Positions 30,615 to 44,718 are shown, counted from the stretch's first letter. The stretch is 64,000 nucleotides of DNA from Macrostomum lignano (GCA_002269645.1 NIVC01000138.1:84442-148441); one strand, 5' to 3'. Numbers and translations are program-made. The notes: generated by a model from the letters alone, not told the origin.

Positions 30615-32173
30615 CCTTAGTGTCTGTCTGCCTTAGTGTCTGTCTGCCTTAGTGTCTGTCTGTCTGTCCGGCTGCCTTAGTGTCTGTCTGTCTGTCTGTC
30701 TGTCCGTCTGCCTTAGTGTCTGTCTGCCTTAGTGTCTGTCTGTCTGTCCGTCTGCCTTAGTGTCTGTCTGTCTGTCTGTCTGCCTTAGTGTCTGTCTGTC
30801 TGTCTGTCTGTCCGTCTGCCTTAGTGTCTGTCTGCCTTAGTGTCTGTCTGTCTGTCTGTCTGTCTGCCTTAGTGTCTGTCTGTCTGCTTGCCTGCCTTAG
30901 TGTCTATCTGTCTGTCCGTATGGCTTAGTGTCTGTCTGTCTGTCCGTCTGCCTTAGTGTCTGTCTGTCAGTCCTTCTGCCTTAGTGTCTGTCTGTCCGTA
31001 TGGCTTAGTGTCTGTCTGTCAGTCCTTCTGCCTTAGTGTCTGTCTGTCCGTATGGCTTAGTGTCTGCCTGTCTGCTTGCCTGCCTTAGTGTCTGTCTGTC
31101 AGTCCGTCTGTCCGTATGGCTTAGTGTCTGTCTGTCTGTATGTCTGCCTTATTGTCTGTCACTAACTGTCTGTTTCAGAGCGTATTTAATTTCTATAAAT
31201 CTTGTCAATCCCTCAAAACTGAAGTCTATAAAGCAAGCCAATTCACGAAACACACATTGCCTCACCTGAGCGACAACAATAGCGTCGATCATGGATGACG
31301 GGAATGTGCGATTGTGCGACTCCACTCTCACAATGGCCTGGAAGCAATAACAGAAAGAAACCCGAATAGAAATTTAAAATTATAAAAGTCAGGCAAAACA
31401 AGCCTATCTTACTTTTCCAGAGGCCGTCTCGGTCTCATGTTGCTCACCGTCCGCTGAAGCAGCCGCTCCATCTCGTTCCATTTGAACTCTGCCAAGCAGG
31501 CTGGAGTGAATCCAATTTTGATATTCGTGCGTGCCCTGGCCCGCAATGATTGCGTCATCGGCGCGGCAGATTCTGTCGCCTTAATGAGATGAAGCGACAG
31601 ATGCTGATGGATAACTGATGCCTGCCATTCTTATTTGCATGCTTCAATGGGCATCTATTCTCACTGTGCTTCAGTGGGTATTTATTCTCACTGTGCTTCA
31701 GTGGGTATTTATTCGTACTGTGCTTCAGTGGGTATTTATTCTCACTGTGCTTCAGTGGGTATTTATTCGTACTGTGCTTCAGTGGGTATTTATTCTCACT
31801 GTGCTTCAGTTGGTATCTATTCTTACTATGCTTCAGTGGGTATCTATTCTCACTGTGCTTCAGTGGGTTACATCTATTCTTACTATGCTTCCGTGGGTAT
31901 CTATTCTTACTATGCTTCCGTGGGTATCTATTCTCACTGTGCTTTAGTGGGTTACATCTATTCTTACTATGCTTCTGTGGGGATCTAGTCTGACTGTGCT
32001 TCAGTGGGTATCTCTTCTTATTGTGCTTTAGCGGGTATCTATTCTCACTGTGCTTCAGTAAGTTTAAATCAAAATAAAATAAGAACTTAAAAATAAAACA
32101 AATGCAAAACACAAATAACTACAAACATACCTGGTGCAACAGCAAGACCTGCTAGCTGTATTGAAGTGTCCAT
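29675..32173 (-). CDS. EXOSC1: Exosome complex component CSL4 (226 aa, 4 exons)
   Basis: Exons 32173-32131, 31579-31413, 31337-31266, 30073-29675 with consistent phases. Motifs IRREDVRATERDRV..FRAGDIVQARV, YLLTTAQNELGVVVA, MRCP.T...RKVA. Confidence 0.95.
30145..31170. repeat. Compound (TCTG)n / ccttagtg minisatellite in EXOSC1 intron 3
   Basis: Seen directly. Confidence 0.95.
31635..32060. repeat. 27-bp minisatellite (tattctcactgtgcttcagtgggtatt) in EXOSC1 intron 1
   Basis: About 15 units. Confidence 0.95.
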
Positions 32174-33428
32174 GAATTCAATTTGACAACTGTACAACAT
32201 GCATCAAAAGAATATAAATTTAGTATACTAAATATTTAATTATATCATAGTACTAAGTTTTAAGAAATCTTTGAAACTAAAAAAGCATACAAAATTTAAA
32301 AACAAAATTAAATCATGACCAATATTTTAGAGTTCTACTGTAACCAAAATTTTCCTTGATAACTATATCCATAGCCCAGTTTAAACTTTCCCCATAGCCT
32401 ATCCATATCCAAATCTAAAACTAATAGTTTTTGTAAGACTGTAACTTCCTATAACTTTTAACAATTGTAACTTTAATGTAAATATGAGCGTAGTTCTACC
32501 ATTAAAGTCTCATATTTCTAACTAATATTATATAGTGATGAAATAATAGATTGACAACAATAGTTTAACTTATCACTGAGTATTACATATAGTCATACTA
32601 ACTTTAGCCAACATTATCTCAGCCATACAATGTGCATATTGGCATAAAAAATCTATGATCTTTAAGTCACCAACCTTAAGGGACTTATACATTAAAAATG
32701 AAAATATTCATCTTTATTTTAATTCTTATCATCCCAACTATACAATGTATATATAGCAATGAAAGTCTCTGCTATTTGAGTCTCTAACCCTAGAGACTTG
32801 AAATTTATCCTTGAAAAATATGGAAAACAAATATAGAAATATACATTCCTATAACCATATCTATGTTCTATAAAAAAGCTCTATATTTGTAGCCATGGTG
32901 GAACTCTACTGTTGTTTTGTAGCTAGGCCTATTAATAAGTAGGACATACTGGAGACTAATATTTATATATACATGATTCTTATATGACTATATATATAAC
33001 AAATGTTGCAAAAATGGTCAAATTTTAATCTAAAAATGTACAAAACTGTCTGCTCCTACTTTTTAGCACACCTGCTAATAGTCAACATTTACAAGTTTTG
33101 TTTCTAGCAGCTCTTTTTTTATTGGTGCTTCTGTTCACAAGTAACAATAATAAAAATTGTTACAACTTAATAAATCAATAAAAAAATAAGCCTTTTGTCT
33201 ATGGCAGTCACTTATTCTTACAATGGCAATTTTAGCCAGTTCTTATTATTCTTAGTATTAAACATATTTAATTAGGCCTACTAATAAGTTTCTAATAATT
33301 ATCATTAATAATTAATTTTAGTTAGTCTCTAAATATTATTAATAAGATCTTATTATTAAATACTAAGGTAGCTTAGAAAAGCTTATGAGTTAATAGCTCT
33401 AGTCCAAAGAGTTTCAATTAAAGATGCT

Positions 33429-33616
33429 TACTGGCACAGGCAGAAATTTTTTTTTGGGGGGGGGGGAATTTAGCATCCAGAGGAGGGAATATAAGAGGGT
33501 GGTGTTTTTTTCACAATTTCAGGGTGAGTGGCAATTTTTTCTCTAGAATTTTGGAGGGGGTAAATTTTTTTTGGGGGGGGGCATGCCCCTTTGGCCTCCC
33601 CCTGGCTATGCCACTG
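33429..33616. mobile_element. Short hAT-like MITE (188 bp)
   Basis: Right end ctggctatgccactg with a degenerate left partner (11/15 match); flanking 8-mers aagatgct / aagatact (7/8) fit an 8-bp TSD. Confidence 0.65.
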
Positions 33617-34604
33617 AAGATACTACTTTTCAAAATGCAAGATATTTATGATATATGTATGAAATTGTACGACATCATGTACAACATCAAGTTACGACAT
33701 CATGTTGATGTACGACATCAAGGATTTTATTTTAGCACATTAGATTAATTTTCTTAATCTTTTGATAAATCAATCTTATTTTGAACATTTTAAAAAATAG
33801 CCTTAATTAACATGATAAAAAGGGCCAATACACTTCTAGTGTGAGATCCAATGGTCCACCTGGCCTTGGGTTGGGGAGTAGCAAGTAGGGTTGCTCAGTT
33901 GCTGTAGGGTTTAGACTAGGGCATAACATAAGCCCAAGGTTAAGGTACATATGTTGGTTTATCCTTTTATGATATATGTAACAGGTTCATAGGCTTATGC
34001 ATGTGTAAATGTGTAATGACAAAAAACTCATTCAGACTCAACTATTCAAGATTTTGACTTTAATTTTACTCTAGCGATGGTATGGTTAGAGTTAGTCAGT
34101 TAGACATAGTCATAGTATTTTGCGTACATGATATTAAACATTCCCCTAATTGATTAACTACACTACATTTCAAAATTCTGAGCATGCCGAATCACATTTA
34201 TTTTAAGAAGTTAAAATATTAAGAAGACAAAGTGTAAATGCAAAGATTTCAACGCATTTTGGATTCACAAAAATAAAATGCTAACTTCTTACTAATCAAA
34301 TTTTCCCAAGCAAAATAAACAATACTAAAGATATTTTTTAAACTCTAAAGGCTAAAAATTTTGACTTTCAATATTATTTTTTGTATTAAATTCACTCTTT
34401 TCTTGTTGCAAACAAAATTTTAAAACCTTTTTTGTTTGATTCGGTTAAAGAGTTACCTGAAATTTTAATTTTGACAAAAATCAAGTATAATTTTTATGCA
34501 ACTTTAATAATAAGCACGTCGAAAATTAGAAAACTAGACTGAAGCAACTGACCAACTATCCAGAAAGGTTAAAATACTCTAACTTAGTTACTTTGACAAA
34601 CTAT

Positions 34605-36009
34605 ATGGGTGTCGAACGAATTCTCAGAGGTGTTTTAAACTACAGACACAGTGTTCAGAAGCTCTTCCAGTATGAACTTCGGGATATCAAATCCCATCCA
34701 AATGTAAGAAACTTTGCTACGCCTACATAATTTTGTTTTTATACATGGCTGAAAAAATCATTATTCCTTATGTGCTATCACGCAGAATTGATAGTAAAAT
34801 TACATTAATTAGCAATATACACTTATCTGATACTAAAATAAATTAATAGCCACCTGATTACTGCTAGCCTACTTAGTAATATGCTGGTTTTAAACTCTAG
34901 TTTAAAATTGGCTTTGTATGGCTTAACAAGAGTACCTGATAAACAGGTTTGGAGCTGACTTGATCTTGTGGTTTAGAGTTCTTTCTTAAATTTTGCTTTT
35001 TTCAATGTAAACATTTCTTGGCTATTTTGAATTCTTGTCACTACTAGTGCTATTGAATTTTTGGGCTTAGAATATTACCTTAATCTAATTTGTTATGATA
35101 TATGCTTGCAGCAGTAGAGTACTAGACTTTAAATTGCTTGCAACTAAAAATTATCAATGAAGTAATTTATATTTGAATAGGTTTTTTATATCAAAGTTTT
35201 GTCTACATGTTTAGTTTATCTATAGTGATTTCAGCTACAATTAATATTTATTATAGTTAGTTAAATTAAATAAGGATATGCTTAAGAAAAAACACTTGAC
35301 TATCTGACTTTACTAGCTAGGCCTTAGTAACTATTGGATTCAGAGAGTACTAATTTCTCCTAATTTCTCCACCCCTAAGCCTTCGGCCGTATTCATCTCC
35401 TGCATGGACGCCCGCCTATTCCCGAATGATTTCACCCTGACCAAAGCCGGCGACATGTACGTGATGCGTAACGCCGGCAACATGGCCCCGCCAGACGAAC
35501 TGGGCCGAGGCGCCACCGCCGCAGGCGTTGAACTCGGCTGCATTCACAACGACATCAAGGATGTGATCATCTGCGGCCACTCCGACTGCAAAGCGATGGC
35601 TTTGCTCTGGAAGCTGCGCGACACAATCGACACTCAGAGGCCGGACGCGCTGTCCGAATGGGTTCGAAAGTATGGCCGAAGCTCACTAAAGCACTACCTG
35701 GCCGAGAGGGACGCTCAGCCAATGAAGTTTCGCTCGCCAATCGAAGGCCAGTCGATCTCAGCTCACATCGATCCGGATAAGCGCTACCAGCCGCACGATC
35801 AGCTGTCCCAGGTGCACTGCCTGCAGCAGATGATCAATCTGACCACTTATCCATTTCTAAGCGAGCGTCTCCTGCAGCGGCGGGTTCGGCTAAGCGCGAT
35901 GTGGTTCGACGTGGACTCGGCCGATGTGTACATGTTCTCGCGTGCGACAGAGCGGTTCCTAGTTATCTGCGAGGATAATATTGAGAAGCTTCTGCCTGAG
36001 CCGCTGTAG
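34605..36009 (+). CDS. Beta-class carbonic anhydrase (242 aa, 2 exons)
   Basis: Exons 34605-34703 (MGVERILRGVLNYR...) and 35380-36009. Zn ligands in SCMDAR (CxDxR) and GHSDC (HxxC); RNAGN motif; N-terminus like invertebrate beta-CAs. Confidence 0.93.
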
Positions 36010-36239
36010 GTTCAACTGAATTCAGTGTGACTATGATGGAGCGTTTTGCTTGCTCGTGTTACTAGCTGGCCCTTCCCTTGTGCAAATAACGCTCGACTTG
36101 TTGTGTCCTTAGTGTAGATGTATAGTATAGTATAGTAACTGTTCTCTTAATTTTAGATTGTTTAGAACTCTGATCCAATGAAGTCAGTACTGACGGTTTG
36201 AATCATTCACTCTTAGCTTCCACTAACATTTTGACAACA

Positions 36240-36470
36240 ATTCCTCACTTTGACTCTCCCCTCTCATTTTCACTCTTTCTCTCATTTTACCTCTCTCCCG
36301 GGATCCCACTTCCATCATTCTCATTCTCTCCCCTTCTCATTTTCCCTCTCTCCCGCTTCCATTCTCATTCTCTCCCTTCTCATTTTCCCTCTTTCTTTCA
36401 TTTTCCCTTTCTCCAGATTCCATTCTCATTTCTCATTCTCTCACCTTCCCATTTTCACTCCCCCTGGATG
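36240..36470. repeat. Pyrimidine-rich low-complexity tract
   Basis: Repeated ctctcatt/ttccc. Confidence 0.7.
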
Positions 36471-37269
36471 AGAATTGCCAAGGCAGGTTTTCACGCCGCC
36501 TAATTGTGACTTGGCTTAGCTGGACTCAGCTGCAGGGGGCATCGCGGGCAGATGCAGCGCGGAGGCTGACCTAATAGTGACAGTTTCCGACAAGCTTGAT
36601 ATTTGTTTTTCCTTTATTGAACCAGGATTTTGTTTCTCATTTCTAAATATATTTTATTCTTATTATAGGGCACTTGGTGTTTATTATCTGAATAAATTTA
36701 ACAGATTATTTACTTTTATTTCTATCAACTCTTGCCACCTGCCGCTATTATATTTTGTCATTAATCCATTTAGTTGTTATCTGTAGCTAGCTAGTGGAGT
36801 TTTTCAAATAAAAAGTAGATTTCTAAGAAAGACCGATGCCCATTATTTCCAAGAAACTGTTATGAGTTTAGTGAGCTTTCTCCCATATACACTTGGCATG
36901 GTATTTATCGATTTTTTAATTTGTATTGCGTAGTCAATTGAATGGACTATATTGATCAAATTCAGGTGCATTGAGGGCACCTCAGGCACCTCCACTCTGT
37001 AGCATTGAAAGAAAAATAAACAGCTTCAACTAATCAGCGCTTCGTTGCTATGCTCGTATTTTTTGCACTGATGACTTTTGAATATTGAAGCCTTAAAAAG
37101 TGCTCAACAACTTGCGCTTTACATATACTCGTACGTTGCGGAATTTTTGTTGAATTCTAATTTGAAATGCACTGCTGTCATTGCACTTTGTCATTTTTTG
37201 CTTTCTTTATAACGCCAGATATTTACTGTAAAGGATCTCACGAATACCATGTCCAGATGATTCAGGACA

Positions 37270-37890
37270 TTTTTACGTCATCCGGTTGCTATCCAAGTAC
37301 CTCAGCTAGTTGCTACCCAAGTAACTCATCCGGTTGCTACTCAAGCACCTCATCCGGTTTCTACCCAAGTACCTCAGCTAGTTGCTACCCAAGTAACTCA
37401 TCCGGTTGCTACCCAAGCACCTCATCCGGTTGCTACCCAAGTAACTCATCCGGTTGCTACCCAAGCACCTCATCCGGTTGCTACCCAAGTAACTCATCCG
37501 GTTGCTACCCAAGCACCTCATCCGGTTGCTACCCAAGTACCTCATCCGGTTGCTACCCAAGTACCTCAACCAGTTGTTAGCCAAGTACCTCATCCGGTTG
37601 CTACCCAAGCACCACATCCGGTTGCTACCCAAGTACCTCATCCGGTTGCTACCCAAGTACCTCATCCGGTTGCTACCCAAGCACCACATCCGGTTGCTAC
37701 CCAAGTACCTCATCCGGTTGCTACCCAAGTACCTCATCCAGTTGCTACCCAAGTACCTCAACCAGTTGTTAGCCAAGTACCTCATCCGGTTGCTACCCAA
37801 GCACCACATCCGGTTGCTACCCAAGTACCTCATCCGGTTGCTAGCCAAGTACCTCAGCTAGTTGCTGCCCAAGTACCTCCACCTGGTTGC
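37270..37890. repeat. 24-bp minisatellite (catccggttgctacccaagtacct)
   Basis: About 25 units ending just before the first recognisable ICMT exon. Confidence 0.95.
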
Positions 37891-37925
37891 TACCAAAAGC
37901 TGAGCTAGGTTCCTCGCAACTCCAG

Positions 37926-40900
37926 CCGCCAGAGGCAGCCAGCCCACTCGGTGTTGGCGCCCCCCGACCCGCCGTTCCTACCGGTTGCGCCAGCGTCTCG
38001 CTGCGCGCCTTCCTACTGGGCCTGACTGCCTGCCTGGCCGGCTGCCTGCTGCTGCCTGACCGAGTCTGGCCATCGCCGACTGGCTGCCTCCCCTGCTGGC
38101 TGCCGCCGACCCTGACTGGCTGCTGTGCTGGACCGCTGGCTTGCCTGCTGCTGCTGCCGCTGGCTCTGCGCGCTGATCTGTGAGTCGGGCACTGGGTCCG
38201 GGTTATGGCATTTGAGGCTTTCTTAAATTGTCTCCGTGCGAGCGTATTTGTATATTTTTGTATATTCTTAGTCTGCTGTGTTAATAATCTTCAATCTCTT
38301 CCTTAATAATCTCACTCTATCCTTTGCATACACCACAACTATCCTTATGATAGTCCCATCCTATCCTATAATAATCTCACTCTTTCCTATAGTAATGCCA
38401 CTTAATCATTTAATAATCTCACTCTATTCTTTAATAGTCTCACTATCCTATAGTAATCTCACTATATCCTATATTAATTTCACTCTATCCTATGATAATC
38501 TCACTATCCAATAGTAATCTCACACATTCTCACTATATCCTAATAATCTCACTCCATCATATAATAATCTCACTGTATTCTATAACAATCTCACTCCATC
38601 CTATAATAATCTCACTCTATTCTATAATAATCTCACTCCATCCTATAATAATCTCACTCTATTCTATAATAATCTCACTCCATCCTATAATAATCTCACT
38701 CTATTCTATAATAATCTCACTCCATCCTATAATAATCTCACTCTATTATATAATAATCTCACTCCATCCTATAATAATCTCACTCTATTCTATAATAATC
38801 TCACTCCATCCTATAATAATCTCACTCCATCCTATAATAATCTCACTCTATTCTATAATAATCTCACTCTATTCTATAATAATCTCACTCTATTCTATAA
38901 TAATCTCACTCTATTCTATAATAATCTCACTCCATCCTATAATAATCTCACTCTATTCTATAATAATCTCACTCTATTCTATAATAATCTCACTCCATCC
39001 TATAATAATCTCACTCTATTCTATAATAATCTCACTCTATTCTATAATAATCTCACTCTATTCTATAATAATCTCACTCTATTCTATAATAATCTCACTC
39101 CATCCTATAATAATCTCACTCTATTCTATAATAATCTCACTCCATCCTATAATAATCTCACTATCCTATACGAGTAGTAATCTCACTCTATCCTATAATA
39201 ATCTCACTCTACTCTATAATAATCTCACTCTATTCTATAATAATCTCACTCTATTATATAATAATCTCACTCCATCCTATAATAATCTCACTCTATTCTA
39301 TAATAATCTCACTCTATTCTATAATAATCTCACTCTATTCTATAATAATCTCACTCTATTCTATAATAATCTCACTCTATTCTATAATAATCTCACTCTA
39401 TTCTATAATAATCTCACTCTATTCTATAATAATCTCACTCTATTCTATAATAATCTCACTCCATCCTATAATAATCTCACTCTATTCTATAATAATCTCA
39501 CTCTATTCTATAATAATCTCACTCCATCCTATAATAATCTCACTCTATTCTATAATAATCTCACTCTATTCTATAATAATCTCACTCTATTCTATAATAA
39601 TCTCACTCTATTCTATAATAATCTCACTCCATCCTATAATAATCTCACTCTATTCTATAATAATCTCACTCCATCCTATAATAATCTCACTATCCTATAC
39701 GAGTAGTAATCTCACTCTATCCTATAATAATCTCACTCTATACTATGATAATCTCACTACTTTCCTGATTCAAGTCCTGTAAGAATATCGCTTAGCCAAT
39801 GCGAACTCCTAACAATCCTCATATTTAAAAGAAAATAATGTTTCCAAACCTGCAGCGGTGACGCGAGCCGGCCTCGGTCACACAGCAGTGCGCACCTGCG
39901 TCAGAGCGCCAGACGCGCCAGCTTCCTCGGCTGCGTATTCGGCACAGGCGTCGGCCTGGCTGCCACAGTCAGCACCGGCTGCCCAAGCTGGCCTGTGGGC
40001 ATCTACGCCTGCTACCTGAGAGGCTTTCACTGGTCGGAGTACTTCATCACCGCACTGGCCAATCCGCCAGCAGCCCTGCAGCTTGGCACCTATTTGATGG
40101 ACAATAGCCTGGCTTATTGGGTAGCCGCTCTGGTTAGTTGGCTGGAATTCTGCGTCGAGCACGCGATCGCTCCGGATTTGAAAGTGCGTCGTCAATTGTT
40201 CATGTACTTTTGCGTGGCATGTACAGTTTAGGTATACATGAGCCACTTGGGTCACCTTCAAGTCGTTCAAGTATAATTTTCCATGTTTCTCGGACGTTTA
40301 TGTCATGACCCCCCCCCTGATTTTCTTTGGAGGTCAGCTGACCTGAGCCCCTTGACTCTCCTGTGAATGTTTGCATGTATTCTAATGCAGAATTTCCTGT
40401 ATACAGTGAGATGTACATTCCATATGTACAGTGAGATGTACATTCCATATTTATAATGAGATGGATATTCCATGTGTATAATGAGATGGACATTCCATAT
40501 GTATAATGAGATGGACATACCATATGTATAATGAGATAGATATTCCATATGTACATTGAGATGTACATTCTATATGTATAATGAGATGTACATTCCATAT
40601 GTACAGTGAGATGTACATTCCATATTTATAATGAGATGGATATTCCATATGTACAGTGAGATGTACATTCTATATGTACAGAGAGATGTACATTCCATAT
40701 GTAAATTCCATACGGCTCGTATATCCATTCCATATGTACAGTGAGATGTACATTCTATAAGTACATTCCTTATGTACAGTGAGATCTATATTCCATCCAT
40801 CCATTTGGGATCTATGTTCCAAAATGTGCTTAAATATTCTTTAGATTAAGATTTAAAAATTCCAAGAACTCATCCAGGCTAGAAGTGCATCGTGGGAAAA

Positions 40901-41424
40901 GTCAATTCCTAAAAAGAAGCGCCTGATGCAGTGGATGGCTTTAATGTTTGCAGGCCTGCCCCTGCACGGTCGCCCTCGGTGCGGCCCTGTGCTCAGCCGG
41001 CGAGGCGATACGCAAATTGGCGATGCTGACGGCCGGTGCCAATTTCAATCACACAATCGAATGGCGCAAGCGGCCGGAGCACGAGCTGGTTAGGCGAGGC
41101 GTCTACAGCTTGGCCAGGCATCCGGCCTATCTAGGCTGGTTGCTATGGGCCTGCGGCACCCAGCTGTTGCTATGCAACCCCGTCTCTTTAGTTGCCTACG
41201 CGGCGGCTAGCTGGGCATTCTTTAATAGGCGAATAAGAGACGAGGAGCGACTGTTGGTGGCCTTCTTCGGTCGGGAGTATGTTCGCTACCGGCGTCGGGT
41301 CTGGTCGGGCGTGCCGTTCGTTCGGGGCTACGCCGATGCCGACTCCGCCTGCGACGGCGACGCCGACGGGATGACGGATGACGAGTCTGTGCGGCCTGTA
41401 CGATTTGAACTAGCAAACATTTAG
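37926..41424 (+). CDS. ICMT: Protein-S-isoprenylcysteine O-methyltransferase (5' end unresolved)
   Basis: Exons ~37926-38179, 39856-40183, 40954-41424 (phases 2 and 0 match). Motifs SLRAFLLG, FHWSEYFITALANP, LTAGANFNH, GVYSLARHPAYLGW, EERLLVAFFGREY. Confidence 0.9.
38320..39760. repeat. 21-bp minisatellite (tataataatctcactctattc) in an ICMT intron
   Basis: More than 55 units, degenerate at the 5' edge. Confidence 0.96.
40380..40790. repeat. 25-bp minisatellite (atatgtacagtgagatgtacattcc) in an ICMT intron
   Basis: About 15 units. Confidence 0.9.
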
Positions 41425-41499
41425 CCTGAGGGGGGGGGTTAATCCTATTTTCATACAACCGGTAAGTCTCCTCTTTATTATTTTCATGAAACATCCCAG

Positions 41500-41960
41500 T
41501 TTAAAGGCCCTAATAATACCGATTTTAAGGTCCTAATAATACCAATTTATTTAATACCGATAAAGTTGAGCCTAATAACCCAATTTTATGGCATAATAAC
41601 CCAAACTTGTGTCCTAAAAGTCCCAATTTATGATCTTATAATCTCAATTTATGGCCTACTAATCTGAATTTATCGTCTAATAACACAAATTTGTGGCCTA
41701 ATCATCTAATTTTTTTGCCTAATAACCCAAATTTATATGGCCTAATAACCAAAATTTATATGGCCTAATAACCCAAATTTATGGCCTAATAACCCAAATT
41801 AATGGCTTAATAGTTCAAATTTATGGTCTAATAATCCCAATCTATGGCCATTATTGGAATCTTAATTTCAACTAAGTGATTAATATTCTAAATTTATTAG
41901 TCTAATTATCTAATTAGTCTAATTATCCCCCATTTTACGGGCTAATATCCCAGTATTTAG
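41500..41960. repeat. Degenerate ~20-bp minisatellite (ggcctaataacccaaatttat)
   Basis: Repeated cores downstream of ICMT. Confidence 0.75.
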
Positions 41961-42739
41961 TTCGTGAGAATTCGAGTTTAATTTCTGACAATCTTGGCTG
42001 GAGTACCAGTTTTATGTTAATGATTCAATATTGTTGGTTGAAGTGCCTTTTTATCCGTTTTATTTACTGCTAATAGGCTTGCCTTTTTTAAAATGTCACT
42101 TCTAAATATTTATTATTTTTAAACGGTTTTACTACTTTTAAGCAAAAGCACTTCATACGGCCTTTTGCCAAAGTATGAAGAGCAATTCTGGATTATGAAA
42201 ATATTAATCTCATAGTCTTCCATGATTTATTATAAAGTATCCTTAATGCAATGCATTCAAATGCTTCCATATTTCCATTTCTACTTTATTACTTTATTAA
42301 CTTTGTTTGCTTCTCTACTTGCAGTGGTACAATAGACAAATTTTCTTTTCCTTGGATATTGTCACGTGTCGAATTATTTTGAGTTTGTTAAAAACTTCAA
42401 TTAAAACTGCAATCACTTCATTTACCTGACTTTTTTCTCTCTTTTTTGACTCGGAATTTTCGGTAATTTTTTGAAGAAAAGACTTTGTTTTATCTACCTT
42501 GTTTTTTGTACAACAAAAGTTGAGTTCAACGCTACATTTACAAATCATGCAAGTTTCAATCAGAACTTTCTGGACTTCCCAAATTACAAATTAGACAACT
42601 ACGGTATGTAGTTTTTCTACAGATCGATCTCTGGTAGGTCCACTTGAGGCAAGCAAGCAAATTTCAGTTCGTCCGGTTTCCTTTTTCTGTACAACAAGGG
42701 TCGGGAAAATATTTTACTTAAAAGGGCCAGAAACTAGGT

Positions 42740-43190
42740 CAGAGATGAGTGGAGCGTGAGAGATAAGGTAGGTGAGAGAGAAGATGAGGAGAGGGTGAAA
42801 GAGGAGGTGAGAGGTGAAAGAGGAGGTGAGAGAGGAGATGAGGAGAGACGTGAGAGAGGAAATCAGAGGAGAGAGTTGAGAGAGAAGATGAGAGGTGAAA
42901 GAGATGAGGAGAGAGGTGAAAGAGGAGATGAGGAGAGAGGTGAGATGAGGTGAGAGAGATGAGGAGAGACGTGAGAGAGGAAATCAGAGGAGAGTTGAGA
43001 GAGAAGATGAGAGAGGTGAAAGAGGAGATGAGGGAGGAGGTGTAAGAGAAGAGTTAAAAGATAAAGATATAAAGAGAGAAAAAGACAGAGGAGATAGGAG
43101 GATAGATGAGATAAGAGATGAAAGGAGGGGGAAAGGGGAATGAAAAGATAAGGAGAGGGAGAGAAGAGAGCTGAGAAGAGGCACAAGCCT
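42740..43190. repeat. GA-rich polypurine tract
   Basis: gaggagagaggtgaaagaggagat-like repeats. Confidence 0.85.
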
Positions 43191-43339
43191 TGTACAGGCC
43201 GGATTGCTATTGTGAAGTTTCAAAGGATCCGAGGGCCGGATTGAGTTGTCAAAGCTAGTTGGTCGCTGGAGGAAGGCTATGGGCACCGCTGTGAATCAAG
43301 GCGACAATCGAACCGCAGCCAACGAGTAGGCAAGCAGCC

Positions 43340-43430
43340 AGTCCCGCGCTCACACAGGGTGTACATCGGTCCTGACTTTCTCATCGTCAGGCGTGTACTC
43401 GTACTCTGTGATTTGTGGGGGTGACGCTCA
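43340..43430 (-). mobile_element. SINE-core fragment
   Basis: Minus strand gtacacgcctgacgatgagaaagtcaggaccgatgtacaccctgtgtgagc matches the core at 20540 and 28850. Confidence 0.6.
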
Positions 43431-43705
43431 TGCGTCAATCATTAATAATAAATAAATAAACAACACGTTTTGCTAAGAATTATCGCAAGAATTTTAATCC
43501 AGTTACGCCGTCACGCCGGTCCTTTGCTCACCAAATCTCAGGAGACTCTGCTGCTGTATTTTCTATCTGTAGCTACTCAACAGATTATCGGCACAAAGCG
43601 TTCGCAAAGCAGGCCAGAGTCCGTTAATAAATTTAGACTAAACTGTCTAGCAAGTCACTCTGTAGAGTCCAACGATGGAGATCGCTGAAGCACAACGATG
43701 GCGAT

Positions 43706-44372
43706 TTATTCCCAACTGGTTTCCGGCGCGCTGGCCGCCCAGTCGGTGGCGCCGCCGGTCACAGGGGCGCCCCAGGACTCGGCGGCGCCCCAGTCCTCGC
43801 CGCCGCCAACAGTCGGCTGGCCAACAGCGCCGAAGACTCCGCCGGCTGGGGCGCCGGCGGCAGCCGCGGCCGGGGCGACAGTTTCGCCCCAGTCCTCCAC
43901 GGGCTGGGCGAGGCCGGCTGGCACCGCGCCAGGCACCGGGACCGGCTGATCGACCACGTCTTCCTTCTGCTCCTTCTCCTGCTCCTCCGGGGTGCGGTAG
44001 AAGAACAGGTCCGGCATGACGTCCCAGTCGGTGTCGTAGGGGATGGTGCCGCGAATGCGGAGCACCTGGAAATGGTTTATGATTTATGATGCAAAGGGCT
44101 GCATTTTGTACGATATGGAATCTTCACAACGCACTGAGGGGGGAACTGGGACAGACAGGTGATGCTAAAAGACAAGCATATAAACAGACACACTAAGATA
44201 GACGGGAAGGTAGACTGACAGAGACAAAGACACAAGTAAACAGATAGACAGAGCAGAGCAGACTTACAGACACAGACAGACAGACAGGCAGGCAGACAGA
44301 AAGACAGACATACAGGCAGACAGACAAACAGACAGACAGACAGGCAGCCAGACAAACAGACAGACAGACAGC

Positions 44373-44406
<34 letters not shown>

Positions 44407-44447
44407 AACAGACAGGCAGACAGACAGATAGACACACAGACAGACAC

Positions 44448-44478
<31 letters not shown>

Positions 44479-44479
44479 C

Positions 44480-44510
<31 letters not shown>

Positions 44511-44511
44511 C

Positions 44512-44570
<59 letters not shown>

Positions 44571-44593
44571 CACAGACAGACAGACAGACAGAC

Positions 44594-44654
<61 letters not shown>

Positions 44655-44683
44655 CACAGACAGACAGACAGACACACAGACAC

Positions 44684-44718
<35 letters not shown>

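Noticed and set aside
35404-36009. Bacterial contamination or recent HGT (beta-CA, IS630-like ORFs)
   Set aside because: The beta-CA has a spliceosomal intron and an invertebrate-type N-terminus; the IS630-like elements have long TIRs and TA TSDs typical of eukaryotic members.
43340-43400. Hammerhead ribozyme (CTGACGA...GAAA on the minus strand; also at 20560)
   Set aside because: Only 3 nt separate CTGACGA and GAAA, so there is no helix II, and no stem III/UH site can be formed; cctgac/gtcagg simply makes a hairpin.
44066-44280. Intronic snoRNA in RPSA
   Set aside because: No convincing C/D boxes or two-hairpin H/ACA structure by eye; a covariance-model search would be needed.
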